Shown here piece by piece: positions 9,631 to 18,768 of a stretch of DNA of 64,000 nucleotides. The DNA comes from a virus (Duplodnaviria > Heunggongvirae > Uroviricota > Caudoviricetes): IMG/VR virus record IMGVR_UViG_3300042554_002914; one strand, 5' to 3'. The notes under the pieces were generated by a model. That model ran no database searches. It saw nothing but the letters and a program-made list of their open reading frames with translations, and was not told the origin of the DNA. Position 1 is the stretch's first letter, and each line of letters starts with the position of its first letter. The translations under genes were made by a program, and so were the position numbers.

Positions 9631-10029
9631 AGAAAGAAGTTTGTTTGAAATTTCCGTCCGGAGGTTCAAGATGGGGGTTTGCATTTTGTACTCGATGGCT
9701 TTTGATAGCGCCCCTAGTAGGCCATCCTTCAGTACAGCATCGATTGTAGTGGTTACCTGCTCGGAATTATCCTGAAGCCAAGTGGTGATCGCTTTTTCCA
9801 TCATGGGCTGTACTTGTTCGGTTACAAGTTCTTGGAATAGGGATGGTTTCTTTTTATCTCTACCGTAGTAACTCGAAGAGGGAACAATTCGTTCTTCGAA
9901 AAATGACTTTTCAATGGTTCTTTCTAGGAGTTCTTTCAAGTCGTCTTCTGAGAGAAGTTCTCCCATTGATTCACGGATGCGTTCAAACATTCGCTGTTGA
10001 AAAGTGTCTGCTTTTGTAAGTTCTGTCAT
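9628..10029 (-). CDS. Hypothetical protein
   Basis: 133-aa ORF. Confidence 0.7.
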   Translation of the reverse strand: MTELTKADTFQQRMFERIRESMGELLSEDDLKELLERTIEKSFFEERIVPSSSYYGRDKKKPSLFQELVTEQVQPMMEKAITTWLQDNSEQVTTTIDAVLKDGLLGALSKAIEYKMQTPILNLRTEISNKLLS

Positions 10030-10056
10030 TGTGGGTTTGGGGTGAGAAGGGTGTAG

Positions 10057-10350
10057 TTAGAAATCGGGATCAAGTTCTGTTGCGATGTCCATGAGTTTAC
10101 TTCTCGTGGTATGACGCTGGAGACTTTGTGCTATTTCTGTCAGATTAAATTCGCCGGTAGCGTCATCATAAAAATCATTCGGTCTGGAATGCTCCCATAG
10201 GAGTTCCTGTTCTGTTAATACTCGGATAATAAACGCAACATGCCCACGGCATTCTTCACACGGCTTCACGCACGGGCCTGCAGACGCAGGGTATCGACGT
10301 TGGCATAGTGCATTTACCAGGTCTTGGGCGGTAGGGGATAGGTCAGCCAT
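10057..10350 (-). CDS. LSP..AQ/IAxEL paralogue family protein
   Basis: MADLSPTAQDLV...MDIATELD. Confidence 0.75.
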   Translation of the reverse strand: MADLSPTAQDLVNALCQRRYPASAGPCVKPCEECRGHVAFIIRVLTEQELLWEHSRPNDFYDDATGEFNLTEIAQSLQRHTTRSKLMDIATELDPDF

Positions 10351-10374
10351 TGTGGGTTAACGGGGGGGGGTAGA

Positions 10375-10518
10375 TTACTTAAGTCGGGGACTCTCTTTTT
10401 CGAGACCCGCCGAAACGAACCAGACAAGTGCCATGAAGCCAAGGATAGGAGAGTTTGCTATGAACGACCCAACCAAGCTGATCGTGCCACAAAGGGTGTA
10501 GAGTTGCTTGTCAGTCAT
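10375..10518 (-). CDS. Small membrane protein
   Basis: MTDKQLYTLCGTISLVGSFIANSPILGFMALVWFVSAG; start inferred from overlap with upstream stop. Confidence 0.55.
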   Translation of the reverse strand: MTDKQLYTLCGTISLVGSFIANSPILGFMALVWFVSAGLEKESPRLK

Positions 10519-10729
10519 TTGATTCACCTGTTTCAACACGCAAATGGCGCACAGTGGGGTATCTCTCGGTAAGTTCTGCGGTCGCGCCACAGTGGGTGCA
10601 ACTATGCGGATACTCCACAGGGTCAGCCGGACATGCGACTTTACCATGGGATTTCATGGTCCCGATCCCGCACTTGTCGCATATGTATTCAACACCGACG
10701 ACTTGGATTGGAAAGTTTCTTTCAGCCAT
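10511..10729 (-). CDS. Zinc-ribbon hypothetical protein
   Basis: CDKC...CTHC. Confidence 0.7.
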   Translation of the reverse strand: MAERNFPIQVVGVEYICDKCGIGTMKSHGKVACPADPVEYPHSCTHCGATAELTERYPTVRHLRVETGESND

Positions 10730-11159
10730 TGGGGCCCTCTAGATCGGTGGCAATGGCTCTGGGTTTTCGTTGCACAAAGTGGTGAAGATCGCCACCGGGC
10801 CAGAACCTCTTTCTGTTGTTTAATGCCACCTCTTGTTCTTCATAAAAAGCATCTCTCCAGAAATCATTGCGAGGATCGTTGTGGAAGCCTTTGTATCCTC
10901 CGCGATTCTCCCGATAGTATAGAGTCATTTTTGAAGCATACCATTCGTCAAACTCCCAAACTTCTCGGGCAGACATAGTAAACTTGCACTCGGGGATGTC
11001 GTTTGTTTTGACTCCCCAAACTCCGGTATATGCCTCAGGATTATTGTGCCATACGTCTCTGGCGCTTAGCCATTCTCCCGAAATAGCGCACCAACTTTCA
11101 ATGGGGTGAAGACCGCCCATGGCCACTCGATAGTGGATGCAGGATGAACAGGGTGACAT
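10722..11159 (-). CDS. Hypothetical protein
   Basis: Start inferred at MSPCSSC adjoining upstream stop. Confidence 0.6.
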   Translation of the reverse strand: MSPCSSCIHYRVAMGGLHPIESWCAISGEWLSARDVWHNNPEAYTGVWGVKTNDIPECKFTMSAREVWEFDEWYASKMTLYYRENRGGYKGFHNDPRNDFWRDAFYEEQEVALNNRKRFWPGGDLHHFVQRKPRAIATDLEGPNG

Positions 11160-11419
11160 TAAATGGGGCCCTCCAACTCGGTGGCAATGGCAAGGATCTC
11201 GCGTCGAGTTTCGTACCTGGCCGACCACTTTGCGGCACCTACATCACGAGGTAAGCAGTCGTTTGCAACTGAAATATGTAGATCAATATCAGGCACCACC
11301 AAGTCTGCCAGGGCGCGGATAGCGGCGGCTATGGCTTCGCGTTGATGGTGTGGCTCTGGTTTTGCTTCTGCGTTGAACGCATTTAGTACTGCTTGCGCGG
11401 CAGGAGATAAGTCAGCCAT
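11159..11419 (-). CDS. LSP..AQ/IAxEL paralogue family protein
   Basis: MADLSPAAQAVLNAF...AAAIRALAD...ILAIATELEG. Confidence 0.75.
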   Translation of the reverse strand: MADLSPAAQAVLNAFNAEAKPEPHHQREAIAAAIRALADLVVPDIDLHISVANDCLPRDVGAAKWSARYETRREILAIATELEGPI

Positions 11420-11750
11420 TGAGTCCCTCCAGTTCGTCAGCGATGGCGAGAATGTTCTTTTCAGTAATTCCAATATACTTGAGTTCCTGTGTAAGAGCAC
11501 GAAGGGCGGCAGCCATACCCGCTGTATGCGGCCTATTATCGCGGTAAGCAATTAGTACCGCCTGCGCGGCAAGGGAGAGATTGCCCGTTGGTTTAGGGGT
11601 TGATTCGTTCATTTTCCTTAAAGGTTTAACAAATAGCTCGTGAGGCATAACATCATCCATTGGCGTTTCAGGGGGTTCGGTAGTTTCTGGAAACAATAGC
11701 CCCCCAGTTCGGGTGGTCAACAGAATTTTGCGAGGTTCAGATTCAATCAT
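11412..11750 (-). CDS. LSP..AQ/IAxEL paralogue family protein
   Basis: LSLAAQAVL...AAALRAL...ILAIADELEG. Confidence 0.7.
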   Translation of the reverse strand: MIESEPRKILLTTRTGGLLFPETTEPPETPMDDVMPHELFVKPLRKMNESTPKPTGNLSLAAQAVLIAYRDNRPHTAGMAAALRALTQELKYIGITEKNILAIADELEGLNG

Positions 11751-12003
11751 TGGGGGTCGTGCATACTACTTTCAATTAGATCGGCAATTTTATCTTTGGT
11801 AAGATGTGGAGGGCTCAAACGGATCATTTCAATCGCAAGGGACATCCCTTCGTCCATGGCATATTCGATTTGTTGTTTGATTAACGCCTTCACAAGTTGC
11901 GTTTGCTCCGGGGTGAACCCAGGTACGGATGTCCAGTCTATGTTGGGGGGTTAGTTGCCTCAAGCAATTGGAATAATTTTAAGGCTCTTTCTGTGTCAGT
12001 CAT
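11747..12003 (-). pseudogene. Hypothetical gene frameshifted at a G6 run
   Basis: MTDTERALKLFQLLEATNP joins NIDWTSVPGF...SMHDPQ* only if the G run at 11945-11950 has 7 bases. Confidence 0.5.
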
Positions 12004-12055
12004 TGTTTCTAGGGTTGTACATAATGAATGAGTTTAACCATTAGGCGGTTGTTGC

Positions 12056-12463
12056 TCAAGATTCGTCCAAAATGTCAAGTTCGTAAATGCCAACAACTAT
12101 CATTTTCTCTCCGTGGTGGTTTGAGGCTAAGTCGGAGATTTTGTGGATTGTTCTCCTAGTTAACTTCTTCACTTGGGCATAATGTGTAGCGGTTTGCACT
12201 TTGTTTGACCCTTGAAGAGTGAACATAAAATCCCTCCAAGGTTCCGTAGGAATAGGTACATTTGCTAGTAACTCATCGTCCTCTGCTGCCATTTCTTCGG
12301 TGTAAACCACGGGATCTCCATCGGGGGTTTCCATGACATGTATCAATTCCAAAAGTTGCTCTTTTGTGAAGCTCCCGTCTAATGCGAGTGAGTTTGGCCC
12401 GTCCGGAGCAAACCAGTTATTTGAATGATCCGGGCGATTAGCAATTTCATTAAATTTTGTCAT
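12056..12463 (-). CDS. Hypothetical protein
   Basis: 135-aa ORF. Confidence 0.7.
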   Translation of the reverse strand: MTKFNEIANRPDHSNNWFAPDGPNSLALDGSFTKEQLLELIHVMETPDGDPVVYTEEMAAEDDELLANVPIPTEPWRDFMFTLQGSNKVQTATHYAQVKKLTRRTIHKISDLASNHHGEKMIVVGIYELDILDES

Positions 12464-12523
12464 TTTGCGTAGGGTTCGAACTGAGCGTTTGAGATTTTTT
12501 CGAGAGGGAGAGTCACCGTGCTG

Positions 12524-13018
12524 TCAACCCTGTGAATAAAGTTCTAGTTGTTGTCTTAGAAATTCTAAACCCCCGTTGATCTTATTGTAGGTATCTTCTA
12601 TATCTAGAAAAATAAAGTATTCTACCTTATGTAGTTTTTCTGAAATGGAATCAACCTCGTCATTCAGGATTCTATAGCTGTCGGTCACTTTTTGAATGAT
12701 TTCCTTAGGGGCTTTGGCCAGGAAATTAGTGTCCTCTAACCTACTCTTATCCTTGTTTCTTTTTATAATGGTTTTATTTAAGTTAACCTTGGCAGATTTA
12801 AATTCAGAATTGAATGATGATTCTTCTACGATTAAAGGGTCATCAAAACCATCACCCTCAGAGGGAGTTCTTATGAGACAATGATGTACACCGTTCTTTA
12901 AAAGAAAATGAGCATGTAATAGTTTTGGACTTAGGTCCGATAATACATTCCTCTCCAAGCTAACTCCAAACCCATCCTCAAAGGATTGGCTACAGATGTT
13001 AACGATGTATGGCTTCAT
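12524..13018 (-). CDS. Protein with ValRS C-terminal coiled-coil (tRNA-binding arm)-like segment
   Basis: KSRLEDTNFLAKAPKEIIQKV resembles the ValRS kLsN.nFv.kAP.evve motif flanked by helices. Confidence 0.6.
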   Translation of the reverse strand: MKPYIVNICSQSFEDGFGVSLERNVLSDLSPKLLHAHFLLKNGVHHCLIRTPSEGDGFDDPLIVEESSFNSEFKSAKVNLNKTIIKRNKDKSRLEDTNFLAKAPKEIIQKVTDSYRILNDEVDSISEKLHKVEYFIFLDIEDTYNKINGGLEFLRQQLELYSQG

Positions 13019-13226
13019 TGGGTGGGTTAAATAGCGAGGCAATCACATTGATGCAATCTGGGCAGGGGACAAGGCGACCTTCGTCCCTGACAGTATAAGC
13101 AGCGTGGTCGATGTCCACGAAAGGAAGGTCAAAGTTACTCAAGGGGAGGCCGCACCATGACTGCTTTGAGAGAGCCTCGTGAGTGTGTCGTATGCAGCGG
13201 ATGTATGAGGGTCGTGAAGTTTTCAC
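12999..13226 (-). CDS. Hypothetical Cys/His protein
   Basis: SWCG...PCPDC. Confidence 0.6.
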   Translation of the reverse strand: MKTSRPSYIRCIRHTHEALSKQSWCGLPLSNFDLPFVDIDHAAYTVRDEGRLVPCPDCINVIASLFNPPNEAIHR

Positions 13227-13615
13227 TCTTCTTCCCCGTAGAAGTAAAGTTGGGGTTTCATGGCTTCTTCATACCGAGAATAGCCAATGAATTGGCCCGA
13301 ATAGGCATCAACCCATGGTAAGATCCACTCAAAGAAGGCTTCGACTTCCTGACTATAGTTCTTAATGTCACCCTTTCCTAGAAGAGACCATTGCTTTGGA
13401 ATTTCGTCGTATTCTAAGAATTTACAGTGCGTTCTCGGAGTGTAGTAGCTGCAATCAGAAAAGAGTCTGTGCCAACGGTCTGGGAACTCTATCAGTGCCT
13501 CGTCCGCCTCACTCTCTTCCAGTTTCCCGCACATTGCCTTGAGCACATGAATCACCTCGTCAGGGGTTTCCTGTTTGAGGTCCACATTCACATAGATTTC
13601 TGTGTACATTCCCAT
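13223..13615 (-). CDS. Phage hypothetical protein
   Basis: MGMYTE...IKNY...FIGYSRYEE. Confidence 0.75.
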   Translation of the reverse strand: MGMYTEIYVNVDLKQETPDEVIHVLKAMCGKLEESEADEALIEFPDRWHRLFSDCSYYTPRTHCKFLEYDEIPKQWSLLGKGDIKNYSQEVEAFFEWILPWVDAYSGQFIGYSRYEEAMKPQLYFYGEEE

Positions 13616-13619
13616 TTGT

Positions 13620-13811
13620 TTACTCTTCGTTGTTTATTTCGTTGTTGGCTAACTGCTTGGATTGCACCCGGCCGTAGCGTTTGCGGGCCCAGTGGGGGCA
13701 GGTACGTCCCCAATCTGACTTAGTAGACCAGTCTAACTTTTCGCACAGTCCCGCTGAATTTTGATTTTTAGACTTTACGAAGCTAACGCAGGATCCGCAA
13801 CTTTTGCTCAT
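13620..13811 (-). CDS. Small Cys-rich protein
   Basis: CGSC..C..C. Confidence 0.6.
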   Translation of the reverse strand: MSKSCGSCVSFVKSKNQNSAGLCEKLDWSTKSDWGRTCPHWARKRYGRVQSKQLANNEINNEE

Positions 13812-13897
13812 TGCCTTAGGGGTTTAGATGGGTGGGGTGTTGGGTCCGGTGGCACCGGCAATGCCCGTATACACCATGAGAAAAAGAAATGTTTCAA

Positions 13898-14293
13898 TCA
13901 TTGCTTGTAAAGTTCAGACATAATCAATGGGCGGATAGTATTGTATTGGTCATTCTGGATCAGGAAGCGTAACATCTCCTCTTCCAAACCCTTAGTTACA
14001 TCCTCAGCAATAGACGCTGCAAGTTTCTTTACGGCTTCAACTGCCGAAGCTCCATTATTTGCTTGAATCCCAGATGTTGAAAAAGTAACATCACGAGTAG
14101 TTTCTTTTCCGTTTAATTTCCACCTCGCCCGCAGTGTGCAATTATTGATAATAACTGAGGTGTTGTGCCAATGGTCTACAGCCACAGACAGGGAATTTTC
14201 CGGTGCGACTAAGTCTTTTGTGTATAGAGACAGGTAGTAATCAGAAAGCTCTTGCCATTCGGTAAGTTGTTGTAGCGGGGATTTGTCAGTCAT
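13898..14293 (-). CDS. Hypothetical protein
   Basis: 131-aa ORF. Confidence 0.7.
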   Translation of the reverse strand: MTDKSPLQQLTEWQELSDYYLSLYTKDLVAPENSLSVAVDHWHNTSVIINNCTLRARWKLNGKETTRDVTFSTSGIQANNGASAVEAVKKLAASIAEDVTKGLEEEMLRFLIQNDQYNTIRPLIMSELYKQ

Positions 14294-14296
14294 TGT

Positions 14297-14512
14297 TTAA
14301 TGGGTGTGGAATAATGGGTGTGGAATTTTGTCGTATGGTAACCAGTGAGTGAGGCTGTATTGGTGTCGTGCCCCTATTTTTAGATTCGCGCTGTCGTACC
14401 GCATTAACTCCCAAAACCCATCATCGCAAAACACCCAGATTTCCATGAAGGGGGACATGCAATCGTTTTCAGGGTCGGGTAGCCGTGTAGTGAAGGGGAT
14501 AGGGGTAGTCAT
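14297..14512 (-). CDS. Hypothetical protein (DUF551-like)
   Basis: PIPFTTRLP...THWLPY pattern. Confidence 0.55.
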   Translation of the reverse strand: MTTPIPFTTRLPDPENDCMSPFMEIWVFCDDGFWELMRYDSANLKIGARHQYSLTHWLPYDKIPHPLFHTH

Positions 14513-14957
14513 TGCGGTTGAAAGTCTTGGCGGGTTGGGGGTTGGGTCCGGGCATAGCCTGCGGCGCCCGTCCCTGGTCGGGGGCTACGCCCCCTCCCGA
14601 AATTTTTGGGTTTAGCTCAGAGGCAATTTGCCTTAACTTCTCAACGATTGTCATTTCGCCTAAAGCCTCTAAATTCTCAAATGTCTCATTGAAGTACAGA
14701 TTCTCGCCATTGGGGCCAATCCACGGGGTTCTAGATGGGTGAGGGCACAGGTGGTTTGCAGCGGCCAGGAAAGCCACAGCCAGAATCTCCCGGTTAGCAT
14801 AGCACGAACTGCACCCTTTCCAATCTCCATCCGACGGGTGGCAAGGCGGGTCGTTGACGTTGTCCCACTCCCAGAGGCACTGGGCTTTGGTTACTGCGTT
14901 GCAGATTGATTCGGCAATTTGGTTCATTTCAGTTATACAACTTTCAGAAAGTGTCAT
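14469..14957 (-). CDS. Hypothetical protein, IAxEL-family-like, 3' end runs through the hairpin repeat
   Basis: LAVAFLAAA...LRQIASELN followed by repeat-derived sequence. Confidence 0.6.
   Translation of the reverse strand: MTLSESCITEMNQIAESICNAVTKAQCLWEWDNVNDPPCHPSDGDWKGCSSCYANREILAVAFLAAANHLCPHPSRTPWIGPNGENLYFNETFENLEALGEMTIVEKLRQIASELNPKISGGGVAPDQGRAPQAMPGPNPQPAKTFNRNDYPYPLHYTATRP
14558..14607. repeat. ~50-bp dispersed hairpin element, copy 2
   Basis: Near-identical to 7217-7266. Confidence 0.8.
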
Positions 14958-14966
14958 TTATACAAC

Positions 14967-15212
14967 TTAAGATTCAAATAGGGTAATTTGATCAGGGTCA
15001 GCAAGCATGGCCTTTGGTGCTTTTACTTTTTCCGAAATTAGTTGCCGGTTAATCTCATCACACCATGTTTTATAAGGGTAATACTCCCTCAACCCAAACG
15101 GATAAGCCTCCCGGAGTTTGCTGCGGAGGATTTTCATGTCGGTAGTTCCAACTTCGGAGATAACACGGGAGATTATCGGAGCGGCTCGCTCTCGCCAGGT
15201 TAGGTATTTCAT
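14967..15212 (-). CDS. Hypothetical protein
   Basis: LREAYPFG.R.YYPYKTWCDE motif. Confidence 0.7.
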   Translation of the reverse strand: MKYLTWRERAAPIISRVISEVGTTDMKILRSKLREAYPFGLREYYPYKTWCDEINRQLISEKVKAPKAMLADPDQITLFES

Positions 15213-16378
15213 TGTAGGGTGAATTTATAAATTTCTTTTTTGGAGAGCCTAATGATTTGATTGTTTAGGGTTTCCACTGAGGGGACGATCGTGGTGTCAT
15301 CCGATACCTTAATTCCGGACAAAACGACAGACCCGGCTCTGATTTTACGTCTGGCATCGCTAGTGCTTTTTACCAAGTTGAGTGTTTTAAGCAGGTTGGC
15401 TAGTGGTATGGGGAATGTAATGTCATTGAGAAGGGCGGTTGGCACGTTGCTGTCCGTAGGATCTGCCAGGCCAGAAAAGACGATGGACTCAGCACTCTGT
15501 TTGGCATCTAAGGCTTTGTCCATGCCGTGAAAGGTCGCTGTAACTTCGATTGCCATTTGCCGTTGCTTTTCACGGGGGTTGGTAGGGAAATCCCCCGGCT
15601 CGCAATCAGTAAGTAAAGTGATGAACTCATTGACGGCACTATCGGGAATTTTCTCCAGTTTGGAAAACATGTGGAGAGGGTGCTCGTTAATCCCGATGGT
15701 ATTCCCAAGGCTTTTTGACATCTTTTGGTGGCCGTCGGTACCCACAAGAATGGGCATTAGTAGCCCGATTTGTTGCACTTCCGAGCCAAGTCCTCTTTGG
15801 ATGGTTCGTCCGACACTGATGTTGAATTTCTGGTCAATGCCACCTAGTTCTACATCGGATTGGACAACAAAGCTATCGAAACCTTGCAACAACGGGTACA
15901 TGAATTCGTGTAGGCTAATTGGTGTTTCGTTTTTTAGACGGTTGGAAAAATCTTGCTTAGCCAGTAGCTGCTGCACAGTAATTAGAGACTGGAGCTTGAT
16001 GATGTCGTTGAGTTGTAGCGATGCTAAGTGGGTGGAATTAAATATGATTTCGCATTTTTCTATGTCAAGGAATTTTCCCATAGTATCCAGAAAGGACTGC
16101 CCATTGGCGCTCACTACATCAGGGTCAAGTTGCGGGCGAGTTGTGTTTTTACCGGTTGGATCTCCGATCCTGGCAGTGAAATCACCAATAATTACAACCG
16201 GAGTATGGCCATCTTGCTGGAAGGCACGGAGCTTTCTCAGAAGCACAGAATGCCCCAGGTGCAAAAAATCTGAAGTCGGATCGAATCCAAGCTTGATGCG
16301 TTTTGGTTGTGATAGGAATTGGTTTAGGTTGGTGGCAGGTAGTACATCAACGATGCTGCTTTGTATGGGTCTTATCAT
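15209..16378 (-). CDS. tyrS: Tyrosine--tRNA ligase
   Basis: GFDPTSDFLHLGH (HIGH), IGDPTGK, YPLLQGFD, ELGGIDQKFN, KMSKS, C-terminal S4 domain (STSDARRKI). Confidence 0.96.
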   Translation of the reverse strand: MIRPIQSSIVDVLPATNLNQFLSQPKRIKLGFDPTSDFLHLGHSVLLRKLRAFQQDGHTPVVIIGDFTARIGDPTGKNTTRPQLDPDVVSANGQSFLDTMGKFLDIEKCEIIFNSTHLASLQLNDIIKLQSLITVQQLLAKQDFSNRLKNETPISLHEFMYPLLQGFDSFVVQSDVELGGIDQKFNISVGRTIQRGLGSEVQQIGLLMPILVGTDGHQKMSKSLGNTIGINEHPLHMFSKLEKIPDSAVNEFITLLTDCEPGDFPTNPREKQRQMAIEVTATFHGMDKALDAKQSAESIVFSGLADPTDSNVPTALLNDITFPIPLANLLKTLNLVKSTSDARRKIRAGSVVLSGIKVSDDTTIVPSVETLNNQIIRLSKKEIYKFTLQ

Positions 16379-16457
16379 GTTCCTATTATAGGTTTACTTA
16401 GGGGGCAAGTAAAGGGCGGATAACCGAACGTGCCTTGACCCCGTGTTGTAAACAGTT

Positions 16458-16985
16458 TTATATGCCCCGGAACCCTAGTCTGTAATCACGGTATTCGTCG
16501 TCATAATAAAAACTACCAAAGTTATCAAGGTCTTGCAAGGTCTGAGATGGCCGCATTAGAACAGAGTTAAAGTAAGATCTGATTCTTAAAAGAGCATCAT
16601 CTGTTAGGGAATGTTGTTTATGCAGAAGTTCACACAGGATCCTGTAATCCTTATCTTTCGCCAATGTTTCTGAAACTGCTGGGATATTTGTGCAACTATT
16701 AGCCACAGCGTACCTCACCCTGGGTTCAGGGTCTTCGGCTAATTCTAGTATAATGTTCTCAGGGATGCCCATATACCACCATGCTACCTGCTCTCTTACT
16801 GAGTATTCTGCATCCCTAGCTAGCCTCGTTAGCATCTCTTCGTCAACACGAGGGTTTTTAGCTGCAGAAGCTCTGACTAAGCTACATTGGTCTTTTGACA
16901 GTTCCCGTAAAACTTCTATATCTGGTGTATTTCTAGCCAGGTTCGTTTTGTGGGAAGTATCCGGGCGGAGTTGGTGGTTTGTCAC
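16458..16985 (-). CDS. HEAT/LRV-repeat protein
   Basis: Repeated L(S/A)xD....VR..(A/V)A units. Confidence 0.75.
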   Translation of the reverse strand: MTNHQLRPDTSHKTNLARNTPDIEVLRELSKDQCSLVRASAAKNPRVDEEMLTRLARDAEYSVREQVAWWYMGIPENIILELAEDPEPRVRYAVANSCTNIPAVSETLAKDKDYRILCELLHKQHSLTDDALLRIRSYFNSVLMRPSQTLQDLDNFGSFYYDDEYRDYRLGFRGI

Positions 16986-17006
16986 GATTGGGGTTCTCTT
17001 ATAGTT

Positions 17007-17483
17007 TTATGGTATTCTGGGATTACCTTTCGGGAAACCCATCCTAGAGAAAATTGCAGCTTTAGCCACAAGGTATTTGTATTCCCTAGAATTAAAACTA
17101 GGGTTGTGACCAAAGCGACCAAGATTCTTAAAAACCTCTTCTGCTCTTATCGGGGTCTCGTTGGTTTTTACAGAATTGAATAGAGCCTCATTAGAACAAC
17201 CACTCAGCATACGAACTACCTCCCTAATTTCCATAACCGGGTTTCGCGACATTTCAAGATAATCATCGGGAGTCCGACAGAGATTTTCATCTAGATACCA
17301 CTCTATGACATCAAACCCTGTACCGGTGATTACCTCAAAGTAAATTCCGTATTGAGGGTTCTCCCCGTATTCTTTAAGACTTTGAATTTTCTGTTCAAGG
17401 AGGTTTCTAGAAGAAATTCCTTCGGTTGACCAGCATGTGGAACAAAAGGACTTGCAGTGAGCGGGTCGTTTAATGGGTGTCAT
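17007..17483 (-). CDS. Hypothetical protein
   Basis: 158-aa ORF. Confidence 0.65.
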   Translation of the reverse strand: MTPIKRPAHCKSFCSTCWSTEGISSRNLLEQKIQSLKEYGENPQYGIYFEVITGTGFDVIEWYLDENLCRTPDDYLEMSRNPVMEIREVVRMLSGCSNEALFNSVKTNETPIRAEEVFKNLGRFGHNPSFNSREYKYLVAKAAIFSRMGFPKGNPRIP

Positions 17484-17578
17484 TGGTTTTGCGGTGTTTT
17501 TTTTTTTTCAACGTGATATGGCATTTTGATGTTCGTTGTTTGATGGGTTACTAATAATTTCAAGTTATGCCATATTTG

Positions 17579-17917
17579 CTATGGGGGTGAGCTTAAATAC
17601 GCTTTTGTCACTAGACTAATTAGGTCAAGATTAGCGATATTGCTGCTCCAGCGGTTATAAAGTTTGTCATAGGCATATTTTAATTTATACGGATTTGATG
17701 TGGGAATTAATGTCAACACGGCAATTTTCTTGGGGCATTTCTCCAAGATGCACGCTACTATACTTACTAATGGCAAGGGGTGGCTTGCTATGTTGCGGTA
17801 GTCGTCGTCCGTAAGGTCATAGTCGTCGTCAAAGTATGTCTGAACCTTAAAGAAGTATGAATCACAGGGTGCGAACTCACCCACTTTAATGGAAATTCCC
17901 CATCGGGGGTGTACCAT
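17579..17917 (-). CDS. Hypothetical protein
   Basis: 112-aa ORF. Confidence 0.55.
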   Translation of the reverse strand: MVHPRWGISIKVGEFAPCDSYFFKVQTYFDDDYDLTDDDYRNIASHPLPLVSIVACILEKCPKKIAVLTLIPTSNPYKLKYAYDKLYNRWSSNIANLDLISLVTKAYLSSPP

Positions 17918-17972
17918 TCCGGTACGGATTTTTTAATGTAACCTTCTTCAAATTCCTCAAATACCATGGTAA

Positions 17973-18203
17973 TCATACTTTGCCCTCCCCTAACAAGTCA
18001 TTTATAAACTCAGAGATTTCGCTACCGAAAAAGATAGCAGTAGCAATGATGTCGATACCGACAATGCCAGCAAAGACCTTGGCTGTGCTCAGATCGTACC
18101 CCCAATTATTGGCAACATCATGTGCAACAATGGAAATAGCATAGAAGATCGAAAATTCAATGGCTTGGCAAACTAGGAAAATTAGGAGGAGACGGTAGTT
18201 CAT
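17973..18203 (-). CDS. Small membrane protein
   Basis: Two hydrophobic segments. Confidence 0.65.
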   Translation of the reverse strand: MNYRLLLIFLVCQAIEFSIFYAISIVAHDVANNWGYDLSTAKVFAGIVGIDIIATAIFFGSEISEFINDLLGEGKV

Positions 18204-18225
18204 TGGGGGTTCGGGATGGGAGCGT

Positions 18226-18768
18226 TTAAATGGTTGCGTAGTCCATTATAGTAAATCGGCTGGCTTTTCTGATAAGGTTTAAAGTATCGGCACTAATATT
18301 GGTGGCTTCGGGACTAGCTTCGGCACTGGCTCTGACTTTAGTGTGGGAATTCGCTGCATCCCTTATATCGTGGTGTGGGTCTCTCAAAAGCTCGAAAAGG
18401 AGACTCTCCGGGAGATAATTCAGATGGGGCAGCAGCATTATGCGAACGAAACAAGACGAGTGATTTAATATAGTTTCGTAGTTTAAGTTATTGATAGAAT
18501 TTTTGTTAGCTGTAACTATAATAGAGCGATGTCTGTTACCATGTCGCTGGGTAAAGTTCCTTACCCGGATAGAAAAACCATTAGGTATGTCATTGAGAAA
18601 ACTAACATGGTCCTGGTGAAGCTCAGAGATGTTATGTCTATGCCCACTGTAGATGTATATCCAAGAGTTTTGGGTTTGCAAAAAGTATTCCTTACCAATA
18701 GTCCAGGTTTCTTCCCAAATAGGTGGGTACATTACGGATACAGGCTCACACATAACAAGCAATGTCAT
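18226..18768 (-). CDS. Hypothetical protein
   Basis: 180-aa ORF with a C-terminal HEAT-like unit. Confidence 0.6.
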   Translation of the reverse strand: MTLLVMCEPVSVMYPPIWEETWTIGKEYFLQTQNSWIYIYSGHRHNISELHQDHVSFLNDIPNGFSIRVRNFTQRHGNRHRSIIVTANKNSINNLNYETILNHSSCFVRIMLLPHLNYLPESLLFELLRDPHHDIRDAANSHTKVRASAEASPEATNISADTLNLIRKASRFTIMDYATI

